A DNA stretch of 64,000 nucleotides, from positions 154,938,001 through 155,002,000 of the forward strand of contig OZ024742.1 in the NCBI GenBank assembly GCA_964016885.1, written 5' to 3'. This stretch comes from Eledone cirrhosa. Taxonomy: Eukaryota. Shown here piece after piece: positions 14,033 to 28,933 of this stretch; within the stretch, counting starts at the first letter, position 1; every line of letters starts with the position of its first letter. The notes beneath the pieces are model-generated. The model was given only the letters and a program-made list of their open reading frames with translations, did not search any database and was not told the origin of the DNA. The translations under genes were made by a program, and so were the position numbers.

Positions 14033-14135
14033 AGTGTGTGCGCGTGTGCGTGGGTGAGTGTGTGTGTGCGTGCATATATATATATATGTGTATATATATG
14101 TGTATATATATGTATGTATATATATATTAGAAAGT

Positions 14136-14491
14136 GAGGTTTTTTTTACAAAATGAAAAAAAAAAACAAGTGAAAGTATAAGGAAAAAAGATAAAATCGA
14201 AAATGAAACGAGTCTTTTTTTTTTAAATATATTTATTTGCTTCCTTTACCGGTTTCGTAGTTCTTGTGCTTTTCAAAAGTAGAATTGAGATGGAGGGTTT
14301 GTGGTTTTTCTCACATCTGTGGTTTTTCTCACAGATGTTAGAAAATCCGTCCATCTCAATTCTATTTTGAAAAGCACAAGAACTGCGAAACCGGTAAAGG
14401 AACCAAATAAATATATTTAAAAAAAAATATATTTAAATATATTTAAAAAAAAAAATCCAGTTGCATTTTCGATTTCATCTTTTTTCCTTAT
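14136..14491. mobile_element. Fold-back element (family B) carrying the 3' half of a hammerhead
   Basis: Arms about 14178-14317 and 14332-14491. GAAA-CCGG-TA at 14387-14396. Other copies at 48736-48898 and 56330-56603. Confidence 0.75.
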
Positions 14492-14507
14492 ATATATATA
14501 TATATAT

Positions 14508-14679
14508 ATATGCATGTATAATATTGTGCATATATGCAATGGTAGACCATATACTGTGAATTCCAAATGTAAACATAGTTAAATAATTTCTATACATTCC
14601 TTCAACCTATTTTTGACAATCTGAAATGACACATATACGACATGTTCAGATGTTGACTGACGCTATTGTCACCCCCCCC

Positions 14680-14724
<45 letters not shown>

Positions 14725-14900
14725 CTGTGTGTGTGTGTAAATATAGCGTCAGTCAACATCTGAAAATGTCGTATATGTTTCATTTCAGATTGTCAAAAAT
14801 AGGTTGAAGGAGTGTATAGAAATTATTTAACTATGTTTACATTTGGAATTCACAGTATATGGTCTACCATTGCATATATGCACAATATTATACATGCATA
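14508..14900. repeat. Inverted repeat with about 158-bp arms around a (TA)/(TG) microsatellite
   Basis: 14508-14666 is the reverse complement of 14742-14900 with about 3 mismatches. Confidence 0.9.
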
Positions 14901-15792
14901 CATGCAGATACGTATATTCTCCCATACATGCATATTTCTGAACCCCACCTCTCTCATAGGGACGAGACATTTGTTCCTGGGACGGTTTTTTCTATGAAAG
15001 TTTGCTCTTGTTCACCTCTTCTTACCACTATATATAAACTAGTGTGTAAAATGCTATCTGTAACAAAATCTGAGAAACGTTTTTCACTCTCGTTTTTCGA
15101 GTTTCGAATTATATAACAATACACAAGCTTATAAATGTATTAATATTCTGCTTAACACGAGGACTATGTTAACAATTTAATTTTTTTTATTCTTGATCTA
15201 AACGCTTATGATATGAAATTTATTACATCTGAATTATGAGAGTTGGGGAGACATTTATACATTAAGGTAGAAATAAAAAGTTACGATATACAGTAAGACA
15301 TTTGTCAGGCAAAAGAGTAAGTAGTTAGGTAAATTGTATATTTAGAAAAAGAGAATTGAAAATAAAGAATAGAGACGTTTCCAGAAACGGAAGAAACATG
15401 ATTGAGAAATAAAGGGTCTGTAATAAAAATGTATACAGATGAATTAGGTGAGGAAGATGTACTAACACGTGTATGGCAATATTTCCCATTTTGTAAATTT
15501 TCGCTGACATAAGATAAATTCTGATCAATATACATACAGACGCATGACGTAGAAATCTTGCGTTTATAAGGTAGAACGTTAAAGAAACTTGGAAAGGAAG
15601 GCGAGGTAGATGTAAAAGCATTAGTATTAAGAAAGACATTAAGAAACATACTTATTTGTTATGTAAACATGCGAGAGCTATGTTGTATACGGAATGAAGA
15701 AATACGGAAAAGTATCACATTATGAGAAATAAGAAAAGAGAGAGAGAAAAAAAAAACATCAGTTGCAAAGTGAACGTGAAATGAACAGCTGA

Positions 15793-15963
15793 CTGAAATT
15801 CTGTAGAAGATACAGTACAGAAAACCAGGCTAGACTAATTTTCCTAATTGCGATAAAAAGAGAAGTCGCACTATTAACGGCAAGCATTGCTCCTGCGAAA
15901 AACCTTTCGTCAGCAATACTAAAGTTTTATCAAGCAAAATCTGGTTACGACAGTAAACTCTAA
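15793..15963 (+). mobile_element. Possible relic of a hAT transposase dimerisation domain
   Basis: The frame LKFCRR...LIFLIA...LTASIAPAKNLSSA loosely fits LxFW...LxxIA...ASSAxxERxFSxA. Weak. Confidence 0.25.
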
Positions 15964-17095
15964 GTATCTATATGATATTTATGTTATTCATTGACATATT
16001 TTTTTTAAAATCTGTTACTGTAGGGAAGAAGTATTATGCCTGGACTTCCTTATCTCATATCTCTTCTGGATCAAGTTTAGAACTCAAACTAATCAGCAAC
16101 AATATTATTTTTTCTGCTTTTTAAGAAAATAATTCGATCTACATTAACCTACTTTTGTCTTTCCCACCAACAGTCTGTCTGTTAAACGAATTTGTACATT
16201 CTTGGTATTCTTACTTACCCATCCTCGAATTTATAAGTACAACTTCGATTTATCTCCTAATCATTGACTTTTCGCAACACTGGAGCTTATTCATCTATTC
16301 GTACAATCGATACAACGTCATTTTACTATCGATTGATACTCATTATAACGGTCTCGAAATAGACAAAGACAAGGTAAATTGGAGTGAAGTTTGAATTCCT
16401 AACGAAAGGAATCATTCGTAGATATTTACATGTATTTTCTACTATATTTCAACAATTCTTCTTCACGGGGTGACGAGGATATCTTTACAGGCACAAGTAT
16501 ACTACTATTACGCACATCGAAACGCAGAGCACTGACTTTTAATTCCTGGTATACCATTTTCTCCACTGTTAAACTTCGCTGTCTCACAGGTGTTTGAAAT
16601 AGCAGCCAATGTTTTTGCATATCAATCTCATATTTTCCGAAAAAGCGACGATTACTTGGACCACAACATCTGAATAAATGAGATCATGATCGGAATGATT
16701 TTCATTATATCTCTGCTGGATCAGGACACAACCGAGGGTGTAAACTATGAATCACCTAATCCCTCAAAGTAGGAACAACATCTCTTTCAAATCAAACTAC
16801 ATTGAACAATGCGATGCGATTATCACATAAGGTGCATACACCAAGCAGGAGAAGATGGTTATGACTGCAAAGGATTTCTTCATAAGTCATTTTCAATTAG
16901 TGTGGATTTCGTGTTAAGCAGTAATGATACCTATGCTCCACTTAAAAAAAAAAAAAAAAAGTTTGCATTACATCACCATTTCTTTAACCATCTCTCTCAT
17001 TCAGCGCTTCACTAAACGTCTCACTCGCTCACGCATTCTTTCTATTTATCTATTCATCTCTCTATCTCTCTTGTCTCAGACAAAAACCCCAACAA

Positions 17096-17468
17096 TGGAT
17101 TGGCAGTATTGGTAGAGAGTCAGAAGCCATGCTTTGCAGCATAGAGTTATGCTCCTTTACGGTCTGAGTTAAAATCCGGCCGTGGTTAACTTTGCCTTTC
17201 ATCGTTAAGGGGCCGATAAAATAAAGTACCAGTACTGCATTGAGATAATTGTTGGCCATGTGCCCTAAGAAGAAACACTTTTTTATATTGGCAGCATCAG
17301 TAGAGGGTCGGAGGCCATGTTTTGTAGCATAGAGTTACATCCCTTTACCGTCTGAGTTCAAATCCTGCCGAGGTTAACTTCGCCTTTCATCCTTTCATCG
17401 ATAAGATAAAGTACCAGTAATGCACTGTGATAATTGCTGGCCTTGTACCAAATATAGAAACAATTATT
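17096..17468 (+). mobile_element. Two tandem Deu/Nin-like SINEs
   Basis: Two consensus matches, 17096-17280 and 17288-17468. Confidence 0.85.
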
Positions 17469-17724
17469 TATATTCTATGATGTTGATATTGATGAAAAAA
17501 GTATCACAGATAGATATGTAGCAATGTTATTAATTAAACTGCTCATCTACATTTAGTAGGGTTGTACAAGTCAATCTTAAAAATCATTCGAAGAGTAGAT
17601 TATAAAGTAATTAATATTAGTGGAAATGAAAAACTTAGAACAACTGAGATTATTCATGCAATTTTTCAACAGAGGAAATTGTTCCAGTTTAGAAATTTAA
17701 AATGATGATGATGATGATAATGAA

Positions 17725-17935
17725 AATAATTGTTACTAACATAGCCATAAGGACTGCAATTCGAGGAGAGAAGGAAGTCGATTATACCGACCACAATATT
17801 TGAATTGTACTTTATTTATCGACCAGGGAAGGATAAAAAGAAAATTTGACCTCGATGAGATTTGATCTCAGGATGTAGAATTTCAAAACCAAACACAGTG
17901 TTTCATTTTCTACGACACTTTACCGGTACTGCCAA
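17725..17935 (-). mobile_element. Older long-variant Deu/Nin-like SINE
   Basis: Diverged match with an extra GGAAGTCGATTA segment. Confidence 0.65.
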
Positions 17936-19094
17936 AATAATTGCAAATAATAACACACGTATGATATGACTTCAACAAGTTCGCTAAATCGAATTTTTTT
18001 GTTAAATATAAGAACATATAGATTGTAATGGATCGTAAGAAATCATTATTTATACTTTTAATTTCTTTTTTCAACAATCACCATATCTATCAGTCTGCAA
18101 TATTCAGTTTTTTTTCTATTTATTTCCTTTCCTCACAATTTGTTTCATATCATGTGTTTTGTGAACATATCGTTATTAGTTATAGATATCTAATGGGCCA
18201 ATAACTGGTTCATTACATTTCAGATTTAATGTATTACATGTCTCTGCCACTCAGGTGAAATGAACAGCACAATGAATCTTGATATAAATATATACAACGA
18301 TGTTTCTCATAGTTTCGGATGAAGAAAGATGCACTCGATACGAGACTTTAACAAATATATTTCTATGGCGACACATATTGTGACCGAATTTGAAATTATG
18401 TGATTCCGAAACGGTCCTCCTCGTCACATTTAGCTTCTTTTTCATCACGTCTTTAACAATTATCTAATTTCGTTTTTAGATACATTTTAACAAAATTGAA
18501 ATCATTTTTTTTCTGAAATATAATAGTCCTTACAGCGATGGATAGTACGCCCTATGGTATTTGTTACTATTTTGTGTGTCCTATGTTCAAGTGCCATCAA
18601 ATTCAATATCTTAACAATTCGGGATCGATGAATTAAAGAAAAGTTCAGGAAAAGAGATTGGCGGAGATTGTTAGACCAGGTGTGGATAACTTGCTTTAAA
18701 TTTGTTGGTTATTTCCGATCCGATGTCAAATATGTTAAGTTTATTAGTACTAGCTTTATACTGAGACAACATCGGTGGCGAAATAGGCGAAGATTACACG
18801 CAAATAGAACAGGTGATTCTCCAAATTAATAAACAAATTCTTGACAGGAGCTGTGGCTTGGAGATAATATTTTCAGGTGAAGATTCGCTCTCTCGAGAGA
18901 TTTACTGAGATTCTAAATTAATGAATTTGTCTATAGATTGCGACATCTCTCTACAGCATAATCTCTCTCTCTCTCGCTCTCTCTCTCTCTCATACTTTTA
19001 CACTCACCTCAACTCTATATTTCTATATTTCTCCCCCTTTTCCCACACTTTTATCTCTAGCCAACCCATCAGTCTCCGCTGTTTGTTTTTCATA

Positions 19095-19262
19095 GGCGCA
19101 GGCATGGCTGTGTTAAGAAGCTCGCTTCGCAACCATGTGGTTCCGGGTTCGATTCCCATGCATGGCAAATTGGGTAAGTGTTTTCTACCACAGTTTTGGG
19201 CTGACCAATTAAATGTGAGTGGTATTTGGCAGACGAAAACAGTGAGGAAACAAATCGCACAC
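19095..19262 (+). mobile_element. tRNA-derived SINE 5' half with CORE-like domain
   Basis: GGCGCAGGCATGGCTGTG head, B box GGTTCGATTCCC, then TTGGGTAAGTGTTTT. Resembles an abundant octopus SINE (from memory). Confidence 0.7.
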
Positions 19263-19486
19263 ATATGCATATATGTTTGTGTTTTTGAATGAGACGGTGT
19301 ATGTTAGATTACTGGTTGTCGATATCTAATAATTTATTTATGTGGTGTATTTCAATTGTACCTTTCCCGTTTGTTTGATTCTCATAGTCATAGCACCGAG
19401 TACCTTAAGCAGTTTTATATTGATACTACATTTGTACCTCAGATGAACGAACATTATACTATCTGTGTATGTGTACGTCATTTTAC

Positions 19487-19528
<42 letters not shown>

Positions 19529-19532
<4 letters not shown>

Positions 19533-19721
19533 TTGCAAGGTTTTTGATAGGAAATCGTGTGTCGAAATAAATATTGTTATACTTGGGGAGGGTCATATTG
19601 TTATAACATTGCCAGAAAAAACAATAGAATTACAGAAGCGAAAACCAACCCAAACCAAACAGTGTGTTCTGTTATTATTTCTGGCAATGTTACAACAATA
19701 TGACCCTTCCCAAGTATAACA

Positions 19722-19727
<6 letters not shown>
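19529..19727. mobile_element. Short inverted-repeat element in (TA)n (family C)
   Basis: About 45-bp arms TTGTTATACTTGGGGAGGGTCA...TGACCCTTCCCAAGTATAACAA. Second copy at 62628-62995. Confidence 0.7.
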
Positions 19728-19780
<53 letters not shown>

Positions 19781-19782
<2 letters not shown>

Positions 19783-19902
19783 AAAATGTTTGACCCCGAC
19801 GGCAGGGGTCAAACATGTTCCTATTACCCACTCTACTACCCTAAGCATTAAGTACTCTGGTGCGTTATGGTCCATCTGGTTCCTTACCACACCTCCTTCG
19901 TT
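19781..19902 (+). mobile_element. Terminal fragment of the GIY-YIG PLE family (family D) with a mini fold-back
   Basis: Reverse complement of 39793-39885. Hairpin ATGTTTGACCCC...GGGGTCAAACAT. (TA)n on both sides. Confidence 0.8.
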
Positions 19903-19915
19903 ATATATATATATA

Positions 19916-19953
<38 letters not shown>

Positions 19954-19975
19954 CTGTGTCTGTGTGTATGTGGGC

Positions 19976-20052
<77 letters not shown>

Positions 20053-20053
20053 G

Positions 20054-20110
<57 letters not shown>

Positions 20111-20111
20111 G

Positions 20112-20180
20112 CGATAATGAGGGACAGAGACCGCTGGAGAGAACTCGTCCATGGATCTCGGGAATTTTACCCGCCTTAGA
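20112..20180 (+). mobile_element. RTE-type LINE extreme 3' fragment
   Basis: [11 protein letters not shown] resembles the RTE C-terminal DRxxWR motif. Confidence 0.4.
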
Positions 20181-21563
20181 TAGAGATATACACACACACA
20201 AAACCACGTGTTGTTCACTTCAATGGTGTGTTTCCAATTATGGGCGCATTCCAGTGACTAACACGAATATAGTAACTAAACCGAAGCATCCTACCTCACT
20301 ACTACCTCGATTTCAACCCTCACACACCAAACACACCATCTCCTAAACCCAATTACTCCGACTCCTCAGCCTATGAAGCCGAACCCACCACACACTGACA
20401 GTTTATCTGTTACAGTCATATATCCACCGTTCTTCCTACCAACAGCGCTAACTAAACCACCACCCCCACTAAAACGACTGCCCCATTGACACTTCACAGG
20501 CAATTTACCTTCTTACCTTATCACCAGGGGCCTGGTTTGCCTTAAAAATGTGAGGGGGACAAATCAACATTTGTTGATTCGTAAAGGAGCATGTTAGTAT
20601 TGCTTACGGTGCCGTTCCCGGACCCTATCACATAAATAACATTTTAAGCTAATTCAATATGATATATTCAAATGAAGTTCGGAAAAAAATAAGCTTTAAA
20701 AGAATTTATTATATCAAATAAAGAAAAAAATAAAACATAGACGTTTGAATAACTGTGTGTGTGTGTGTGTGTGTAGGGGGGGGGAGGATGTCCCCTGGTA
20801 CCCTCCCAGTACACCTCTACTACTACATACGCACACACACATACATGCTCCCTACCAACTCAATTCTGTTCTGCGTACAGCACCAACTCTCCCTGCCTTT
20901 CTTCCACTCCCACTTCCGCTCTGTCCAAACCACTCGAAGCTTCGCACAAACAGCTTTGCGACCTCTGCTCTGAACTGGATTACAAGAGAATATCCCCCAC
21001 CCCCTACATACACAGACATACCCATACATACCCATACATATACATACACAAAAACACCTGCAGACAACCGCGTATAGACACACTCATTCAACACACACGT
21101 GATAATACATACAATCTTATGCACCCGCATACATAAAAACAACAGAAATAGCCCTCCTCCACGCTCACGCATACACAAAACAACTAAGAACTCACTGATT
21201 TACAAACACATTCAAACGTATACACATACACAAAAATAAATACTCACTTATTGTTCGCACACCAACTACATGAGACACTGATACGCCCTCGTCACGGATA
21301 TTTACCAATTTATTTTCTTCGGCACACATACAATCACACCTATGTTACCCCTTTCCCCCCCCCATTTTGGCTCCACCAGGCCAGATCTTTCACCTATAAC
21401 TACTTACCTATCTGTCTCCTCCCAACCCCTTTTTCCTAAGTTCCTTTCCTAACCATCACTCACAACTACCTGTCCAAAATTGTGAACCCTCTTCCAATTC
21501 CTCCAAGCATGAACTTAATATAATTGTGTATTTTTTAAATTTCTCGCATTTATAAATTATATA

Positions 21564-21642
21564 TCGGGTCGTCAAGTATAAAATTTGTAGAAATTTCTTG
21601 AATAAAAATAAATTTCTACAAATTTCATACTTGATGACCCAA
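21564..21642. mobile_element. 79-bp MITE-like hairpin, possibly Tc1/mariner TIR-derived
   Basis: About 33-bp arms TCGGGTCGTCAAGTAT.../...ATACTTGATGACCCAA, preceded by TA. Confidence 0.55.
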
Positions 21643-22104
21643 CAATTATGTGTCTGCCTGCGTGTGTGCGTGTGTGCATGTATGTATTCGTGTCTCCTTC
21701 ACCTTCAAATAAATATGCATATCCATATAAAGACGTTTGTCAATAGAGTGTAATCATGAGAGTGTTTCTGTATGTTTATCTGTAGTTGTGTAACACAACC
21801 CTTTTCAGTCATTACGGGTTATGCGGTCGTTTAAGAGCGATAAAATGTTTGCCTCTGTAAGTGACCAGGCCAAGACATACTCTGTTACATCTTGGCACAA
21901 ATATCGATGCAATTAATTGATTCACATGTGAGCACTGGGGTAATAAATGCCTTGTTCATGGACACAGCATAACGCTCAAGCATAATAGACATACGCGTTT
22001 ACAAAATGTCCCTGGTTTGCATGGAACAAAAACACATTTCGGTTTTCAGCAGGGACATATTTTATCTATGCATTTATACATATGTATTTAGATCTTTATT
22101 CTTA

Positions 22105-22160
<56 letters not shown>

Positions 22161-22214
22161 TATAGATATGTATATATGTATATATATATATTTCCTTTCT
22201 GCATAACAAAATAT

Positions 22215-22431
22215 AAATATATACGTATGTATACGTACGTACATATATGTATACAGACATACAGTAGTATGTATATATATACATACATGCACACATATAT
22301 ATATATGTACGTATGGATTCACCGAACATTTATTATAATGCTCGGTGTGTTTGTAAACAAACATCCCAAATTAAGCCTTACAGTGTCTAGCAACCATCGT
22401 TGCTCATTTGTTCAACACTGACAAAGGAACG

Positions 22432-22434
<3 letters not shown>
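22215..22434 (-). mobile_element. Family A fragment ending at the predicted HHR cleavage site
   Basis: Homologous to 12530-12912 and 37110-37346. Ends GGAACGCTG then (TA)n. Confidence 0.8.
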
Positions 22435-24580
<2,146 letters not shown>

Positions 24581-25225
24581 TTTTTATTTACCTACGCGTA
24601 ACTCTGTCTGCTTTAATGTCAGTGAATATTTCAAAATCTGTTCTGCGTCTTACATTCTTAGAGCGGACATTATACAGCGAAACACATGTGCGTTATTCTC
24701 TGTGTGTAACTGTATGCCTATGTAACTGTGTTCATTGTAACAGACATATGTATATGTTGACGAGTAAATGCAAATCCGTTAGTATGCGGGTTTCAATTAT
24801 TTTCACCCTTAATTTCCCTCATGTGTAATAGTATTTCGTTGTGTGTAATTTTCCTCGCATTCGTTTTTCCATCATATTTTATCTATCAATGCCCTGTTTG
24901 TTTGTTGTAATTCTCCATCGTGGTTATTTGATAGCTATGCACAACTCTAGAATGCCATGTGGGTGTGTTAGAACCACTGCACACAATTCCTCTTTTTTAG
25001 CTAGAAGTGTAAACATAGTAATATATGTGCTTGTGTATGCATATATGTATTTATATGTGTTCGCGTATGTATGTGTTTGTATGCATATAAGTATTTATAG
25101 GTATATGTATGTGTATGCATATAAGTATACATATGTGTATGTGTGTGTATGTAATTATTTATATCTGTGATGTATATTAATATTTAGATTTGTACGTATA
25201 TAAATATAAATATATATATACATAC

Positions 25226-25355
<130 letters not shown>

Positions 25356-26114
25356 CTATATGTTTTGACATTTGTATATTTCTTCCTTTTGCAGTGCTTG
25401 TTCAATCTCTTTAAATTTGATCATTCTCTTCTCTTGATCCAATGCTCTCTTAAAGAACGCTTCTTACATTTCACTGCACCAGCGCCACTAATACCAACTA
25501 GGCAGTTTTATAAATTCAATAGTTTACCGTAACCTACGATTGAAATACGAGCTCTAAGCGGATGTTTCTGCTTGACATGGCAACGAACTGTTTACAAGTG
25601 GAAATGAAACGTCTCTTCCGTGATAGTCCCTAGAATAATATCTTTGTGATTATAGAAATCACATAGATCTCTCACACACACACAAAGAAACAAAGAAACA
25701 AACAAATAATTTGCCTAAAACGGCAGACACAATTTATAAACGAAATCGAATTAAATAACATAAAGATATGCTGCTCGAGCACTGGATTTGGTAGAAAATG
25801 CAGAGTCATAAACAGTTAACATCATTTGTTCTTTCTCTTATACTTCGGAATAAATGTAAGTTCAATGATAATATGTATTTGCTTAGAGATAAATATAAAA
25901 TCTTACCATTTATGTTAGACGATTAAAACACCTGCTCCTATCTATAAAATAATTAGCATTTCTGCTTGTAAACGGCATATATTTATTCATTTAACGGAAG
26001 CCAAATATATTACACCGGCTGCCTAATCATTTAACGAAACAGTATTAAAATAATAATTTTAAAATTATTGTTTGCTATTCAGGAAATCCGTTTGAAGTTT
26101 TGGCTGAAGCCGAA

Positions 26115-26819
26115 ACGTCCCTTTACATTGAGTTGAAATCCCGCCGAGGTTAACTTTGCCTTCATCCTTACGGGGTCGATTGAATAAAGCACCAGTAATG
26201 CCCTGGGGTAATTGCTGGCCTTGTGCCAAAAGTAGAAAGAATTATTAAACCCCATTTGATAGTGGTGGATTGGCGGAATAGGTAGGGCGATAAACACTAG
26301 ATTTTGCGTCATATACTTGTGTCTCTTTACATTCTGGTTTCAAATCCCACCGAGGTCGCTTTGCTTTTCGTCCTTACGGGGTCGTTAAAATAAAGCAACA
26401 GTAACAAAATGGGATCAATTTAATTGACTTTCCCATGCCCTAATATTGTTGGCCTTGTGCGTAAATCAGGAAATATGATTAACTATCATTATCCTACACA
26501 ATTTACGTTACTATTGGTTCACCAGTTTCAGTACTTGATGCATACATGGACTCGGTTTGTATGTGGTATTGCACATTTGGTGGTATACTATGATCGGACT
26601 CCTTCATAAGCTCATACGCAGGGTGTTAATGATAAGAAAAAATAATAATGATTTCTTATTTAGGCACAATTTCAGCAATTTTGTGGGAGGTGAAGTCGAT
26701 TAAATCGATCCTAATGCGTTACTGGTATTTTATTTTATTGTCCCCTGTAATGATGAAAGGCAAAGCTAACCTCAGTGGGATTTTCACGCATAACGCAAAG
26801 GGCCGTAAATCTCTGCTGC

Positions 26820-26820
<1 letters not shown>
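26115..26820. mobile_element. Cluster of three Deu/Nin-like SINEs (26115-26245 +, 26283-26480 +, 26643-26820 -)
   Basis: Consensus matches of differing divergence. Confidence 0.8.
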
Positions 26821-26856
<36 letters not shown>

Positions 26857-26929
26857 GGAGAGAGAGAGAGACAGAGTGAGAGAGAGAGCCCTCCATCGGA
26901 CACTAATTGCCATGCTTTTGCACCATCAG

Positions 26930-27201
26930 AGTCTCCCTCAGTGGCACGAGCTTTGGTTAGGTTTGTTTGTGGAACAATAGTAGTCGCCTATGCATACCAG
27001 TCACCACTCCACGCCTTCGATATCGTACAAGAGAAAGACAAATGTTGACACCAGTGATGTCGCAACTCATTTCTGTGGCTAAATGAATTGGAGCAACATG
27101 AAATAAAGTGTTTGCTCAAGGACTCAACGCATAACCCTGTCCGCGAATCGAACTCACAATATCTCACTTACAAACCCAACGCTTTAACCACTGTCATACG
27201 C
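26930..27201 (-). mobile_element. tRNA-derived SINE with CORE-like domain
   Basis: The reverse strand reads GAGTTCGATTC (B box) then GTCCTTGAGCAAACACTTTATTTCATGTTGCTCC. Confidence 0.7.
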
Positions 27202-27229
27202 CTATATATATATATATATATATATATAT

Positions 27230-28044
27230 TATGTCGGGTCACTCTTGAGTGCTACTGGTAACATGTAACCCAATACAAACTGTCGCATGGTCGGATCGTC
27301 GGTGACTAAACTCGCAACACCACCAAGTTTACTTGGTGAGGATGGTGATTTTGGACACCCTGCAAGACAGATAAGAAGAACTGATAGGAGTCTACGGCCA
27401 TCCAGATATGCATGTATGTATATATATATATATATGATGTCAGGTCACCATTTGGTGCTACTGGTAACATGTATCCCAGTACAACCTGTCTCATCGTCGG
27501 GTCGTTGGCGACTAAACTGGCAACCCCACCAAGGTTTCTTGGTGAGGAGGGTGACTTTGGACATCCTGCAGGACTAAAAACAAAACCTGTCAAAGGGCAA
27601 AGGAGCTCTTAAGAGTCAATGGCCATCCAAAATCACCGGGAGAGATGACCCCTTAGCCTTTGTCAAGGCAGAATTCTAGGAGAAGGAAAACTCTGATATA
27701 ACACATGCAACCCTGATGGTATCCAATGATGTTGAATTGTTCTTCTTTTTGGTAAATATGATCTTGGTTAAGAGAGTGGGACTGGCTTTGTGCAGTGCCT
27801 TTGCTCACTATAAAAGCTTCACGGCACAGGCATTGCTTTATATCTGGAGATCTCTTTGCACTTGTCATCACATGGTACCATGAGTCTAGCACTATGTGTC
27901 AATAATTGTCACAAGTGTAGTGTTTGTACCAGAGTTTTCAAGTCGCTGGCTGGACTAAAAAGTCACATTCTTTCAGCGCATCGGTAGGGGATCTCCTACA
28001 GGGATATAAAGTAGTGGCCGTACTCGAAAACGAGTTGGCAGCCA

Positions 28045-28047
<3 letters not shown>
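27230..28047 (+). mobile_element. Short non-autonomous RTE-derived element (27437-28047) preceded by a duplicated 5' head (27230-27400)
   Basis: The two heads are direct repeats. The 3' part is homologous to 31385-31707, with a C2H2-like remnant and a CTCG-AAAA-CGAG terminal hairpin before the microsatellite tail. Confidence 0.6.
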
Positions 28048-28108
<61 letters not shown>

Positions 28109-28475
28109 GTATGCATGTGTATGTATATGCGTAGCGACATAGAAATAATCGGGCTGGATACCCGATCGCATGATTAAACCACTGGGAGTGAAGGACTCCT
28201 ATATTTAGACAGGTCATGCTTCTAAGAGAAGGTAACTCAGGAAACTGTGATAACTCCGACATAAAACTGTGGTTCAGTAGTTACCGATGTTGTTGATATT
28301 TTCTTATGTTTGGGATATAGCTACTGTCGCTCATAGTGTGGGATTGCCTCAGTACAAAGTCTTTCCTCACTTAAAAAAAATTATTCACACCCAGTCATTG
28401 CACGATAGCATTAATTGATAATTATTAATAATGTTATATTGTGCAATGGCCATACTCGATAACGTGTGGAGAGCC

Positions 28476-28629
<154 letters not shown>

Positions 28630-28769
28630 CATATACATATACATTAGTTAATTACAGGATTGATCGCGAGCTCGGTCTGTTTCGGCTAGTTACCCGAAGA
28701 GGCAACAAGGCGAAACCTCCTGCAATGGCGGTCGATCCTCTATTTCGCTAATATACCCACTGTGAACTG

Positions 28770-28933
28770 ATTGGCAGTGTTGGTAGAGGATCTTACGCCA
28801 TGCTTTGCAGCAAAGAGTTACGGCCCTGTATGGTCTGAGTTCAAATCCCACCGAGGTCTAACTTTGCTTTTCATCCTTACGGGGTCGATAAAATAAACCT
28901 CTAGTAATACACTGGGATAATATCTGGCTCTGT
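28770..28933 (+). mobile_element. Deu/Nin-like SINE
   Basis: Consensus match. Confidence 0.85.
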
